Below, piece after piece: positions 1 through 13,572 of a DNA stretch of 64,000 bases. The DNA is taken from NCBI GenBank assembly GCA_951406725.2, contig OX597820.1, positions 84,010,001 through 84,074,000 of the forward strand, in the 5' to 3' direction. The notes under the pieces are model-generated. The model was not told the DNA's origin, searched no databases, and was given only the letters and a program-made list of their open reading frames with translations. Both the position numbers and the translations under genes were made by a program. The DNA is from Octopus vulgaris (lineage: Eukaryota). How positions within the stretch are numbered: the stretch's first letter is position 1; the number at the start of each line of letters is the position of its first letter.

Positions 1-224
1 GTATTCTAGCGTTGTTCTTCGTTCGAAGCCCGACCTATCCACAGCTGTATTGTCGTTACTACGAAACGCGCACTAATAAACAGTCGACAACTGAGGAAGA
101 GTCGGACTTCTTTTGGCATTTTGTCTCGTACTTGTCTCTTGTTGTGTGTTTATGTACTTTTCGCTCGTCGGCGATGTCTTGTACTTAATGTGTATTTTTC
201 AATTTTATCATGTGTGTATGTATA

Positions 225-244
225 CACAACACACACACACGCGA

Positions 245-290
<46 letters not shown>

Positions 291-445
291 GAATTTATAC
301 ATATACATGTATATGTATCTATGTATGTGTATATGTATATCTGCATATGTGTGTTTGTATATATATGATATATACGTATATGTAGAAGTATTTAAGTACA
401 TGAATATATGCATATGTATAGGTATATATATATACACACACACAC

Positions 446-491
<46 letters not shown>

Positions 492-508
492 GCATATATA
501 TATATATG

Positions 509-546
<38 letters not shown>

Positions 547-635
547 TATATATATCTATATATATATATATAGGTATATATATCTATATGTATGTATATA
601 CACACACATACACATATATATATATATATAGTGTG
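225..635. repeat. compound (CA)n/(TA)n/(TATG)n microsatellite block
   Basis: Directly visible; source of the spurious HT/IY-repeat ORFs at 121..605. Confidence 0.95.
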
Positions 636-1384
636 TAAGTATTTATCGAAGGGGAATAACCGCTAGCTGGAAATTAATTGTATGGAGTTGTATTGTTGTT
701 TATATATCTGTTTTCCAAAGAGATATATCTCATTATGCCACTTAATACAGTAGTACTTATGGGATTCCATTCTCTGTCACTAGTAATGTTTGCTAATGTT
801 GTTTCTGTAATTCGACACCTGAAATCATTAAATACAAACCTATTACATTCCATTAGCGCAAATGGCTCTAGTTACCGATGACATAAAGTATCAAATATAC
901 ACTTAACTGTACTCGTCTGTCATATTTTTCTCCATTATTCTGTTTAGAAAATATTTACTTCTTAAGAAGAGCGTAAATGTACAAATTAAAAATAATAATT
1001 TGCAAACTTTTAGTACCATTAAGGATTGTATTGATGATTGTGTCGAAAGAATGTTCATCTACCAGCTGGATTTCCTCCTCTTGTCATACAAAATATATGA
1101 CTAGGGGCGTTAGTACGGTCTATATTGGTGATATAGGATGTTGATGGAACACCAACGTATGCGATGAGTTAAAATATTTAGAAAGTAGTTGAAGATCACA
1201 CATAGAAATCACGTGTCAGGAAATGCATATATGTGTGTATATACATAAATATGTGTGTATAAAATATATAATAGTTTATGTATTATTTATGTAAAGCATA
1301 ATATGTTATAAATTTATGTATATTGTTATACGTTTATATATTTGTTTTGCAAGATTTTTGAAGTGAAATCGTGTGTTGAAACAG

Positions 1385-1850
1385 ATATTGCTGTATTTCG
1401 GAATGGTCATTTTGCTAGTTTAGCCAATAAAAACACACGCACTATATATTTGGTGTTACTTTGCATCAGCGTTATTTATTATTTACTTTAATCTTAATCT
1501 TATTTCCGCCAGAGTTCTTTCGTCACACAGTTGTGACCGCATCAGTGGTCCTTTGCTTTCTTCTTTGTTATTTGTGTGTCTCTCCTTACTAACGGTCAGC
1601 CATTTATTGTATTCCTATTGTATGTGTCTTCATTTGCACATGCGTATATCTCTATGTGCGTCTATGTTTAGTTAGTGTGTGTGTGGAGGAAATGCCTGTA
1701 ATATTTGTATCTCCTGTTTATATACGTTCGTTTATATACATAGTCGCACATCGACATATACGCATGCGCAAATGAAGACACATACAATAGAAATACAAAG
1801 TGTTTTTATTGGCTAAACTGGCAAAATGACCATTCATAAATACAACAATA
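1385..1850. mobile_element. foldback (inverted-repeat) element, Penelope pLTR-like, with degenerate hammerhead motif
   Basis: 1385-1437 is the reverse complement of 1800-1850, and ~1607-1668 of ~1738-1798. The minus strand at 1506-1550 reads ACCA-CTGATGC-G-GTCACA-ACTG-TGTGAC-GAAAG-AA-CTC-TGG. Confidence 0.65.
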
Positions 1851-2347
1851 TACTGTTATAATTGTCCTTTTAGTAAATAAATAAATTTACATAATATAAT
1901 GGATTCCATTCATTTTCTTATTGCTCTATATATATATATATATATATATAATTATCTCTGTTTTCTCTTTTTGTAATATCCTATTTGATCTTCCTTCTTT
2001 CTCTTCAACTATCTAAACTGCTCATGATTAGTAACCTGACGTAAACTCATCATCCAAATAATTCTAATAGGTAATTCCGCACATGTCCATTTAACATGCA
2101 CATCTCTGTTATTCCTATTAGCAAATGAAACATGACTAAATGTAAAAATAATGCCAATGAACCTTGCACCTTCTGTTTTTTATTTTACAATACCCATGTA
2201 AAAAAAATTCCAGAATTTCTAACTTGAATACATACATTGTATCTATACAACAACGATAGAAACTACGTTCCAGATTCTAATAATTGAATACTCAGATATG
2301 TACTCCAAGAGGAAACAACAGATATTTAAACCTAGCTACATTATATA

Positions 2348-3050
2348 TACGAGGTTTAATCAATGAGTTTCAGGACTGTTGCCATAGTAACGAAGCTCTG
2401 CCAGATTGACATTGAACTCTGCTGTGCAAGCACAGTAAGATTTATTATTCTGTCTCACCTCCCCTGTTTACAGCAGAGCTTGGAAGGAACGTGTGCAGTG
2501 CATGATCGTCGCATTGACCATGAATTTACATCACATCTTGCCAAAAGCTTGGCGATAACTACTCAGAAAGTTGCAGAAAGTGTACGGAGAGAGGTGTATC
2601 AGCAGAAAAAAATGTCGACAGTGTCGAACGTTCTGGGAGATCCGCAGCCAACGGAACTGAGAAGAACATCGCACGTGTGCGAGCAGCTATGAGGTGGGAA
2701 TGGTCGAACCAGCATCCGTGAGGTATCATAGGATGTGCAGATTAGTTACGGTTGAGTTCAGTCCTTTATCACTGAAGATTTGGGTATGAGACGCCAGTCT
2801 GCCTAGTTTGTGCCAGAACTGCTTTCAACTGACAACACACCTACATATTCAGCGCAGCTTATGCAGCAGATTTTGTCTAGGTACAATATTTATCAGGTCC
2901 GCCAGCCAACTTGCCACTATATTCACCTTCCAAAAATCAAATCCTGCTTGAAAGGATGAAGATTTCAGGACGTCAAGATCACGGTGAATGCGATGAGTTT
3001 CAGGAATGTTTGATCGCATGCGAGTAGGAACTGTGTGTCATATACCAAGC
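2348..3050 (+). mobile_element. mariner-family transposon relic (internally deleted)
   Basis: Starts TA-CGAGG. Broken frames give SIREVS*DVQISYG*VQSFITEDLGMRRQSA*FVPELL (mariner HTH/WVP linker) and a K-G-x-RFQDV-like C-terminus. Confidence 0.75.
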
Positions 3051-3054
3051 ATTC

Positions 3055-3113
<59 letters not shown>

Positions 3114-3829
3114 AGGTATATAACACACAGATGCTACTCGCGTGCGATCAAACAACTATAGTAAAAAACTTTTTTAATAGTTTTTATTACCCGGAAGCAA
3201 AGGAAAAGCTTAAAACGATTTCATTAGAACTGATTTGTCTGAAGCTTCGTGAAAACTACTCTTCAACGAAGGATTTGAGGCCTCATTTTTATAATCGTGA
3301 GTAGAATATCCTCAACCGATTAGCAGAGACCCCTATATTAATCATAGTATGTTAAGGAAAATATAATGAAGAATGTTTATGTTCCTGCCACAGTTGAATT
3401 TATTCAAACCAATCTACACTCTGGCCAGTGAGACAAATGAACAATTTTGATGCATTTGCACTACCTAAGTAGAGTATCAATGAAGCTTTGAGTCTGATAT
3501 TCGATACTTAAATTGTTATTGACTTTCTTGGTAGGACAAGATATATGGCATGCGGATACTTTGAATGAAATATTCTGCTATCCTTGAAAATGTACCATTT
3601 CGTTTTTAGTTCTTTAAATATTTGTAATTCTAATACATGGAAAATTATGTGGATGTCATTTCTATCTCATCATCTCTTTCCTACTGCTATCATTTTGGAA
3701 GCAAAATGGGATGGATTGGTTTAAACACCACGATTCATTTTCTTGCCACTCGGAGGAAATTCTTGTATTGTGGTTTCTGTGCATGAAACTATAATGAAAA
3801 GGTAAGTTGTAGAAACTAATTATATCAAA

Positions 3830-4480
3830 TTTGTTAATGAGTTTTGTAATACAATGAATCATTATTCTTTAGTTGAGTACATAGTTGTACGGTGGAGTAA
3901 AGTTTGTTTGCCGGGGGGAGTCCAGATATCTGAAGTTACGGAATGTGCTCGATGCGATCCGAAACAGCAAATTTCTCGAATTACCTCCTTACATGTCCGC
4001 CATGTTTTTCATTCCATACGAATAATTAAATTTTGACCTCGTTATTAAATCATTTGACTGACGCACTGCCTCTAACATCGTCAGAATATTTTTGTATAAT
4101 TCCTCAATAATGAGAGAGTTTTTTGAGACGGTAGAATATTTTCAAATTCCGATGGTAATTAAGCTTATGTTTCGAGATTTAATTATTTGCCTAATCAAAT
4201 ATTCCCAAATCAAATAATTTCATTTGCAGAATATTTAAAATCTGATTGCATATATGTTGTTTCGGCAAGTTGTAATTTTAGCAATTTGTATTGTTCTTTA
4301 TGCGAATACTGAGCTATAGTATCCAAAGACAAATGGTCGACAACGAAGAATACTTCTAATGCTAAAATAGGATTTAGGAATTCTGCAATCTCCGAATTGT
4401 TTAGTGCCGTCACCTAGATAAAACATACTCGGTCACTCCATATGACTATGTAATTTGTTTTAGCTATTAAAGAGACATTT
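3830..4480 (-). mobile_element. Tc1/mariner superfamily (maT/DD37D-like) relic
   Basis: Minus-strand fragments ALNNSEIAEFLN (N-terminal HTH) and VTSDIWTPP...PPYNYV, resembling WPPxSPDLNPLDYYVW. Confidence 0.5.
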
Positions 4481-6098
4481 TAGCAAAAAATGTCAGTCAT
4501 TAAATTCTAAAATGCGATGTAATTCATTTATATGTTTCATTATGTTTATAAGCTCATTAAATTCCTAAATTAATTTCATCTAATCTCTAAACTCTTCATC
4601 CGTGTGGCTTCAGCATACACTTTCCTACTCCAGCCTACAACATAGAGTCTATGTAATAATATAATGTACACGTAAATGTAGCAGGTAAATCTACTTAAAA
4701 TTCCACCTAGTCGTCTATTATGCAGAATTGTGAAATTGTTACATAAGCAATGATTTATAGGTCAGATTACTACAGAAAATCTAAAGAACATTAACTCAGT
4801 GTGCTGTAACACATTTACGCGGCCTGCTGGAGCAAAATATCCAAAGCAAGAAACAAAAATTCTGTCAAGAATAATCAGAGGATCATTGAAGAATATTCTT
4901 TGTGCCACAATCATCTAAAGCCATAACCCAACTTAAAGGTGTTAAGAAGTAAAATTAATATAATCCTAAAATGAAATGTTCCCTTTAGTGCTGCAAGATG
5001 CAAAAGAAATTTACATGAATGGTTAATATATGAACTTATAGAGCATTCAGTTCATCAGCCAAATTTCACTTGTCCTCTAAAATAGTCTCTGATTAAACGC
5101 AAATTTTCAAAAGGAAGCATCAAAACTGCGGACACTGATCTATATATCAATGGGAGCCGAGGCTCAATGTAATTACAGTGATAAAACAACAATCGTAACT
5201 GCAACGTATATTTTCCTTTCGATGGAATTAAATCTCATCATTGAATACTCTCTTGCAGATTTCGGTTTATTTGCCAACAAATATAAACGATTAAAAACTG
5301 TTTCATGTAACTACTCTCTTTGGGAACAATACAACATCTAAGCAAAAACTGGTTCGATGCCATGTAAGTGAAAATTAAAAACAACTACCTGAGCGCAATG
5401 TGGAATTATAATCTTATCACTCCCCAACAAACTACTGAAGAATCTATTTCCATTAGCTGTCGCAACCCTTTAGAGTTTAAAACAGTTCCTGAGATGTGCA
5501 ATCCCCAGAGTGCTACTTATGTAAAGGCAATTAGCCTGTCTAAAACAAATACCACTAAATTCATAGTCGAACAATCGCTCACTACACCTCTAAGTTATGA
5601 TATCTGTATTGCTAATAATCAAGAAATATTTACCAAAGTAAATGTGAAGTGGGCCATCATCTGGAAATGTACGAGCTGTAATGATGCATGGCCTGCTCGC
5701 TTATTATTCAGTAGTGTTGAATACCTTTCAGTCCGTTTCTTCTCTCTATCACTAGCTATCTATAATCTCTGTGGACAAATATACACACGCATATATCCGT
5801 GTCTGTAACTATGTCAGTGTATGTGAGATTCTACGAGTGTGAATACGAGTGTTTGTATAAATTTAGGGATGGATGAATAAATGTGTGTATGTACGGATGC
5901 CTATAGGAAACCTTTTTAAGGATAGATCAAGGAGACGAGATATCAAAAGAGGATTCATTAAAAGCTAAAAATAACTGTATAACAAATATTTGTTTTTTAT
6001 AAATTTAGTGTTTTAGCAGAGGAACCTCGTTTCCGTTAATTCATATTTCTGCACTGTTTCCATTCATGATACACACTACACACAAGTATATAAGGAGA

Positions 6099-6099
<1 letters not shown>

Positions 6100-6175
<76 letters not shown>

Positions 6176-6449
6176 TGTGAATGTATATGTATATGTATAT
6201 GTATATATATATATATCCATACGTAAGACACACAAGTGTGCAAGGAAAGCATACTTATATTAATACATATGTGTGTGTAAGTATGTATATATGTGTGTGT
6301 GTGCGTGTGCATTCACCTACGCATAAGCATGTACATATGCATTTAAATATATACATATTTATATACATCCATCCATGTATACATACATACATTTATGTAT
6401 GTATGTATATATTAGTGTATACATACATACATATATATATATACATATA

Positions 6450-6518
<69 letters not shown>

Positions 6519-6625
6519 AGAAAGAATAAAAAAACAGTCAGACAGAGATATATATATATATATTGATAGGTAGGTTGCTAGCAATCTAGATTGGTATATA
6601 GATAAATATGGATATATACACATAT
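6100..6625. repeat. compound (TA)n(TG)n microsatellite block
   Basis: Directly visible. Confidence 0.95.
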
Positions 6626-8337
6626 ACTCGTCACTATCTGAATTGGTACAGAAATTATACTCTGCCAGTCAGTGTTACGCAAATATAAATCAGTTTGATG
6701 TGTCTTTTTAGAGAACATATAATAATATATTCCACTTTTCAATGCCTAAATATGTACTTCCATATGCGTCTATGTATTTCAATCATTACAAACATTTTCT
6801 CTTCATATTATTTGTATAAATTATAACGAGGTATGACACCTGAAGACATCTGGGGAAATTACAGGTCATGCGAAAATTTTTGCTTCAAAAGAAATATAAT
6901 GAAGAAATATAAGCTTTGGCAATATCCTATAATAATAGGTGTCGCTACAACGCTCGTCTGCAGGTCAGTATACGAGACTGATTTCGAGAATTCAGCAGCA
7001 TTGTTCAGTATAATAACAGCCTACATCGATCGCCATCTCAATAATATCATTATCAAACACATGAAGTTACTCGGTAATAACAGTTCTGGTGCCACACAGT
7101 CGGCTCGAATGTTATTTGAAATAATATATTTATTTATTTCATTTTCTTATTCTTTTTTTTTTCTATTACTGTTACTTTTTTTTTTATAAATTCTTTAGAA
7201 TTCAACTTTGATCACATCACTTGCAATGACGCCATTCCAGGCCAGTAAACATCACAGGACTGTCAGGTTACGTAAGGGATTTCATTTTTCGAAGATTGTT
7301 AACTGTAAAACACACAAGGTTGTTATTTGTTAAAACATCACTAGAAATTAATCAATATCATATTGAATACACGTGATTATCGATGCATGGAAGCTATACT
7401 TCATAATAATCATCATCACGTCTCTTTCTCTTTTCTTATTTCTATAAGGACCAGACTATAATTTATCTTTCAGAATATTTCGTTGACACTAAGGAATTGA
7501 GTAAATGATATTGGAGCAAATAAACAATACTTCCCCAAACACTGCTGTCTCATTAGCCTCTGGACGTAATTAAGTTTCGACAGGGGCAATAACTCTACCG
7601 AAAAATACCTCTTGCTAGAGAACAGGAGATATAAAAGATGTGCACAGCAACACGTTGCGAATTGACAGAATCGATAAAACGTAGAGTAGAATGTCAATAT
7701 GTAGTCTTATTTATTTCTATAGGTAATCTTTTTCGAATCAGTAAAAACCAATTCTATGCTATTGATTACCGGATTTTAGAGAGCGTTCGGCAAGTTCCCT
7801 TGCAGTTTTTGCTCCAGAAATTTGAGTTCGGAGTTCAAGTTCCACCTTAATGTGAAGCAGACACACTCGGCGACTATTTCCTCAGGTCTAGAGTAACGAG
7901 TATCTAAAATCCTTAAAATGAGGTCCGCAATAAATCGATGGTAGTTGGCACATTCAACACAGAAATTCTTCAAGTTTGAACCATATTCACTAGAGTGACA
8001 ATAAAAACCAATTGGCTGCTTAAGGGATCTCTTAAAGAGGCTTACCTGATATAAATTACATAGATAACGGTAATTCCAGTGATATATAAAGCCATGTATG
8101 TATTTGAATCCAGTAGCAGTAAAAATTCTCCTCACTGACACTAATAATACTGCATGCCAATTGTTTTGTATAGCAAACACTACTTGAGATGATAATAGTA
8201 AATCTTAAGATGGTGCTTATGAATATGAAATCCGTTTGGTGGCATCACGTCTACATTTTGATGTATATATTTTCAGAAAACGCGTCTAATCATTTGAACA
8301 TGGGTGTTACTTATCAAAGTACTTGCCTACAATTAAT

Positions 8338-10362
8338 CACTGTTAAGGTAACAATATACACATAGCAAAAAACATAAAAACAACTTAGCACAAAAATCTT
8401 ACAGCTCTGATTTTCCTGTCAAGGTTAGTAAAATGATGTTGAAGAAGAATAAAGCCAGCAACAGTATGCCATCAATCTGAGGGGTGGGGGTCAGTTTGCA
8501 TTTTTACCTAGTGAGCAGGTGCTGAAATCTTTCACTAAGCTCACCACTCATATTACCTAAGGTTAGCAATGATTGTCTTGTAATTCAGACTTTGTTTTGT
8601 TTTGTTTTTTTCCTGGAAGGTTTCCGACTGTCTTTAACAGAGAATCATAAGCTTGTCGTGCAACTTCCTTTAATGAATCAGTCAACATCAGATTCTTCAT
8701 CAATTTGTTTTATTTAATCAAAGAAAAATATCTTTCGGCAATTTGCCTAGATGCACCTCCGATTCCAGTGACTTAGCAAAGTTTTTGAAGATACCGATTT
8801 TAATATGTAGTGGTTGAAAAGCAATTTGCGTTTTTCAGTCTGGTCCTGCGTCACTCGCTGTAATCACTTCGTCTTTAATAAGATACACTTGTAGATGATT
8901 TTTTTTTCTAGTATATTTTTGCATTTACTTTGGAGTGTTTAGAAATATTATTTGTCCATTCTTTCATAAGTGCGCTTTGGTGATACTTAATGTTTGTTTT
9001 GCTTTTCTTTCCGACACGCCATCTTTGTCCACTCGTCCACACGCTTGTGCGAAACTGTTTCCATTTTGTTTAGAAATAAGAACAGCTGCTGTTTCTGTTC
9101 TATTAATGCTTTGTTAAGGGTGACAGTGGTTATGGTGGTGGTGGTGTTGGCGGCTATGGTTGGGTTGTTGTTGCTGATGTCTTCTCTATTTCCCTTATCG
9201 CTCTGAATACTTAACGTCCTGCTACTATTGTTCATGGTGATGGGAGTGATCATGATGTTGCTGCTGCTGATGAATTTTCCTGCGATACTGCCACCTTCTA
9301 ACAGTCCGAGGATATTCAAGCTGTGTCATTGCTGTTGCTGCTGCTGTGGCTGCTTCCGTGGCTGCTACCGTGGCTGCTGTCGTGGCTGCTGTCGTGGCTG
9401 CCGCCGCTGCTCTCTCCTATTTGCTTGCGATCATTTAGTTGAGAGGTTGCAGGAGCAGGAGGAATATCCTCGGCTGTAGGAGTGCTGGTGTGAAGAAAGG
9501 TTCTACTCTCAATGCTCCCACAACTGGTGTCATTGACGCCATCTTCTTTTTTAAAAACGCAAAACGAGCGTTCTTTTGGAAGATGAAAGTAGATTCTCTT
9601 CTTTTAAACTTGAAGCAATCAAATGGGCGTCTCTCACATATTTCGATCTTGAACTACATCATTTAGTTCAACCTGTGTGAAAAGTTTTGGAAGAGCCTCC
9701 TGTTCCTCATGGTCCTTGAATCAAGGTTACTATATTCCATCACCTCATTATAATCATCACTATCAGAAAAAAATTATGAATTCTGGTGGTGAAAAATAAC
9801 CTGAATGTGGTACTCGTCGAATAGTGGATGCTAGAGTTTGATGAATGAAGAGTCGCTTAGTCTTAGAATTGAAGCCAAATGTCTAAATCACGGAAAAGCA
9901 GCCATCATGAAGATTTCGTGTGTACCTCCGAAAGGTTATGTATTTTTGACATTTTGAGTACTGTCTCAGTATTTCAAATCATGTTGTACAGATTATATGG
10001 TGTACCCAGCCTCTGTCTTGATCGCTCAATTTCATGCCAGAGTAAGAAAGCTTTCTTCAGAAAATCTGTGATATTGTTTCACAACCAAGGTAATATAACG
10101 GAAGAAATCAGACGTGTTTTTGTATTTTCTTGTCTCACAACGGGCCTTTTTTTCTTGAAATATGAAACATATCTAAGTCAACTGTCACCTGGAAAAAATA
10201 TTCTCAGATGTATCAGCAGTTATAAAGTAAGCAAATGAAAGTATGTGATAGCAAAGCTCCATAAAGAGAATATACTAGGAAGTTCTTTTTACAGTTCTTT
10301 GACCACGCGTGAACATATGTGACCATGACACATGTCACTTCACAGTTACAACATTAAGAGTG
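8338..10362 (-). mobile_element. Chapaev3-type DNA transposon, decayed transposase
   Basis: Minus-strand fragments in the expected order: NITDFLKKAF..GMKLSDQDRGWVHHIICTT (~10080-9980), STIRRVPHS (~9830), ELNDVVQD..AHLIASSLKEENLL (~9670-9585), PLHIKIGIFKNFAKSL (~8810-8770), NLGNMSGELSERFQH and LMAYCCW (~8565-8455). These match my recollection of Chapaev3 motifs (LGDQDKxWAPH, ELNDLVRDL, PPLHIKLG, NLGxVSDEQGERFHQ, MADYCW). Imperfect termini CACTGTTAAGGTAAC (8338) and RC CACTCTTAATGTTGTAAC (10362). Confidence 0.8.
9320..9410. repeat. GC-rich 12-bp minisatellite (GTGGCTGCTGTC-like) and GCT triplets inside the Chapaev3 element
   Basis: Units gtggctgcttcc/gtggctgctacc/gtggctgctgtc repeated about 5 times. 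Confidence 0.85.
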
Positions 10363-11090
10363 TATTCAAAATACCTATTTTCATAAGAAATACTTAAAGA
10401 TTCAACTAAAAAAGACTCATCCTATTTGAAATTATAGTCAAAATAAAGAAGCGCAGTATGGGCATATCTCCTGACAAATACGGCAAATTCCACAAATATG
10501 ATATATGTATGATGTCAAGGACTACAGACATGTATTGTTTATTAACATCTAATTATATAAAGGACAGTTCAGCCATTACTGCGGCATTTAAAATTGATTA
10601 GATTGATAATACTGGAAATTGCTCAAGTTTGATATTTTTAAAGTTACCCGAATCATGATCTTTGGTTTCACTTTTGTAGTTGCTTCAATTATAAATGACA
10701 TTGAAAAACTATTTCAAAGTCATGTCAACTTCCATATATTGGTCTGCATTTGATGAAGCCACGTCTATCCTTAGAAATAGTGACAATATAGGAAATGTTG
10801 AATATTGACATTTAAGTTAGCTCAAAATCTTGACGAGATAGAGCAAAATCAATATTATTTTTTATATCAGCAACCCGAAATTACAAGGAAACTTGTCTCT
10901 AATACCAGACAGCAAAACCAAGTTCCTAATGTACGATACATACACGCAAGTATGTACATATATATATATATATATATGTGCACACATACACACATACACA
11001 CATATATCACACACGCACATATATACACACACATCTATACCTTCATAAAGTCATACATAGCATTCATACATACACACACACATATATGCA

Positions 11091-11218
11091 GGCGTGGCTG
11101 TGTGGTAAGAACTACATGGTTCAGTTTTCAGACCCACTGCGTGGCACTTTGGACTTCTACTTGAGCCGACAAAAGCTTCTGAGTGGATTTGGTAGGTGGA
11201 AATTGGAAGAAGCATTTG

Positions 11219-11292
<74 letters not shown>

Positions 11293-11600
11293 CACCGTGG
11301 TCACCGTGACTGACCAGGCTAACAGATGTTGCTACACGTCGCTGGTCACAATGCGCTTCGCATTGTTTTAGCATTCAAATGACGCAATCCCGCTGGCTAA
11401 GCGAGCAGGCCAACAGAAGAAAGAGTGAGAGAAAATTGCGGCGAAAGAGTACAGCAGGGATCGCCACCCACCCCTGCCGGAGCCTCGTGGAGATTTAGGT
11501 GTTTACGCTCAATAAACACTCACAACACTCTGGGAATCGATCTTATGACCGCTGCCCAAACCATTGGGCCGTTGCGCCTTCACACACACACACACACACG

Positions 11601-11638
<38 letters not shown>

Positions 11639-11865
11639 AGTGTGTGTGGGGGTGTTTGTATCTATGTTTATATTGCCTTTCTGTCTGTGTTTGTCCAACC
11701 ACAAATGCTTGAAAACCGTTGCTTGTGTGTTTTCATCCCCATAAATATTACTCGGTAAAAGAGACCGACTATAAAACCTGGGATTGATTAATTCGACTAA
11801 AATTTCAAGACGGTGTCTCAGCACGGCTGCACTCTAATCACTGAAACAAGTAAAAGATGAACGAT
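11091..11865 (+). mobile_element. tRNA-derived octopus-type SINE (head 11091-11220, tail ~11640-11865), interrupted by a second SINE
   Basis: Head ggcgtggctgtgtggtaagaa...cccactgcgtggcac...gagtggatttggtag; tail ...actgaaacaagtaaaagat. Homologous copies at 14885, 31895, 42276 and 59750. Confidence 0.85.
11292..11581 (-). mobile_element. second tRNA-derived SINE family, nested
   Basis: The reverse complement begins gaaggcgcaacggcccaatggtttgggcagcgg...cgattcccaga (A/B-box-like tRNA head) and is inserted in the internal microsatellite of the host SINE. Confidence 0.75.
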
Positions 11866-12903
11866 AAATTATATGAGCTTATACTCAAAATTTTGCAGGT
11901 GCATGTATACGACAATACACTTTACAAGAAAAGATAAACTGACGAGGGCTGACGATCTGCATTGAACTTGTAACAACCGAATACATTAAAAGTTCTAAAT
12001 GGAAAAAAAATGATATCGACATATTTCATTTATAAATTCAGTGTGAAATTGATTCGTTATACAGTGCATTTAATTTAAAATAAATGTTAAACGTAAGTTC
12101 GTATAATCGTCTTATTTTCACATCAATAATCATACATTCGTGCATGTAAGTTTGTACTCATAGACATAGTCACACTGTTAAATACATATGCATACACACT
12201 CAGGCTGAGAGATGTGTGCGTGTGTTTGTGTGTGTAGTTGACAGATAAATAGATTGAGTGAAAGAAGGATAGACAGTTTTGCATGTATATATCCTGGTAG
12301 CATTTCTTTGATTTTGTGTATCTGCTTGTAGGTTTTATTGCATTCTATTCCATGGCGATGTTAATAAGAAAATTGCAGAGAATGCTGGAAGCAACAGTAC
12401 TTCAGATTGAGAAAACCATACTTGAAACACCAAATTAATGACAGCGAAAAGAAATTTAATAAATAAACGACCGAATCCAATTTTGAATGATGCAACGAAA
12501 CATAAAATAACAAAACTGGGCAAGATGCTGTAAAACTAATAAAATTATAATTTAGACATAATTTTAATATTATATGCCTTCAAGGGCAGCTACAATCTAA
12601 ATAAAGATTCGCACGTACTCTCTAATAATTTAAAGATTGTGTTGTGTGCGTTTGCAATGAATTAAGTAAGCAGGTACATACAAATTGGTTTTAAGTCTTG
12701 CATGTGATCACAACGTTTTCTATTCTTCCACAGATTGATAATTCCTTGGTAATCAACAAAACCCGATTCCGAGACTGAAACAAACATACATCATAGATTA
12801 TCTTTAAACAAATGGTGATGCTCAAGCAAAACATTATCAAATATTAAATATTTCCATTTTCCATACTATCATCCAACCTTGCATCTCTCACATGCATATC
12901 CAC

Positions 12904-12904
<1 letters not shown>

Positions 12905-13001
<97 letters not shown>

Positions 13002-13030
13002 AGGTATGTATGTATGTATATGAATATATA
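12905..13030. repeat. (TA)n(TG)n(TATG)n microsatellite
   Basis: Directly visible. Confidence 0.95.
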
Positions 13031-13414
13031 TATTGCACTGCACAATATACTGCGTGTATGTGAATAAATATTTTTAGATTTCATTAACAGTATTTAGCTG
13101 TTTTCTGTCGTCTAAATATTATCCGTGTTTCTCCCACCCTCTCGCTTCATTCTCTGAAGCCTTTCCCTTCTCCCTTCCCTTCTTTATCTGTCTGTCTGTC
13201 TGTATGTCTGTCTGTCTGTCTGTCTCTCTTTCTGTCTGTCTGCCTTTCTTTCTACTTCACTTTTCACGTCATTTACGAGTCTCATTTTTATAAACAGTCC
13301 ACTCAATTCCGATAGGAATCATGCAATGGAGAAAAATCGCTTGTGTATGCTTGGACAGGGCTGCTGAAGAGAGACAACAACGTCAAAAACAACAGCACAC
13401 AACACCAACAACAG

Positions 13415-13415
13415 G

Positions 13416-13496
<81 letters not shown>

Positions 13497-13572
13497 AACT
13501 ACTACTACTATTAATACCACCACCATCACCACCACCACTACTACTACTACTAATACTAATACTACTACTACT
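13415..13572. repeat. (ACT)n/(ACC)n trinucleotide microsatellite
   Basis: Directly visible; explains the poly-T and poly-L ORFs. Confidence 0.95.

Noticed and set aside
121-605. Long ORFs rich in HT/IY/CV dipeptides (also 6036-6623, 14021-14569, 39309-39656, 42332-42655)
   Set aside because: They are translations of dinucleotide microsatellites, which lack stop codons.
5368-5808. 146-aa ORF
   Set aside because: No recognisable domain or splice context; possibly a decayed repeat, which cannot be assigned.
9228-9479. Cys-rich CCRGCCRG ORF resembling a metallothionein or keratin-associated peptide
   Set aside because: It arises from a 12-bp minisatellite inside a decayed Chapaev3 element, with no supporting gene structure.
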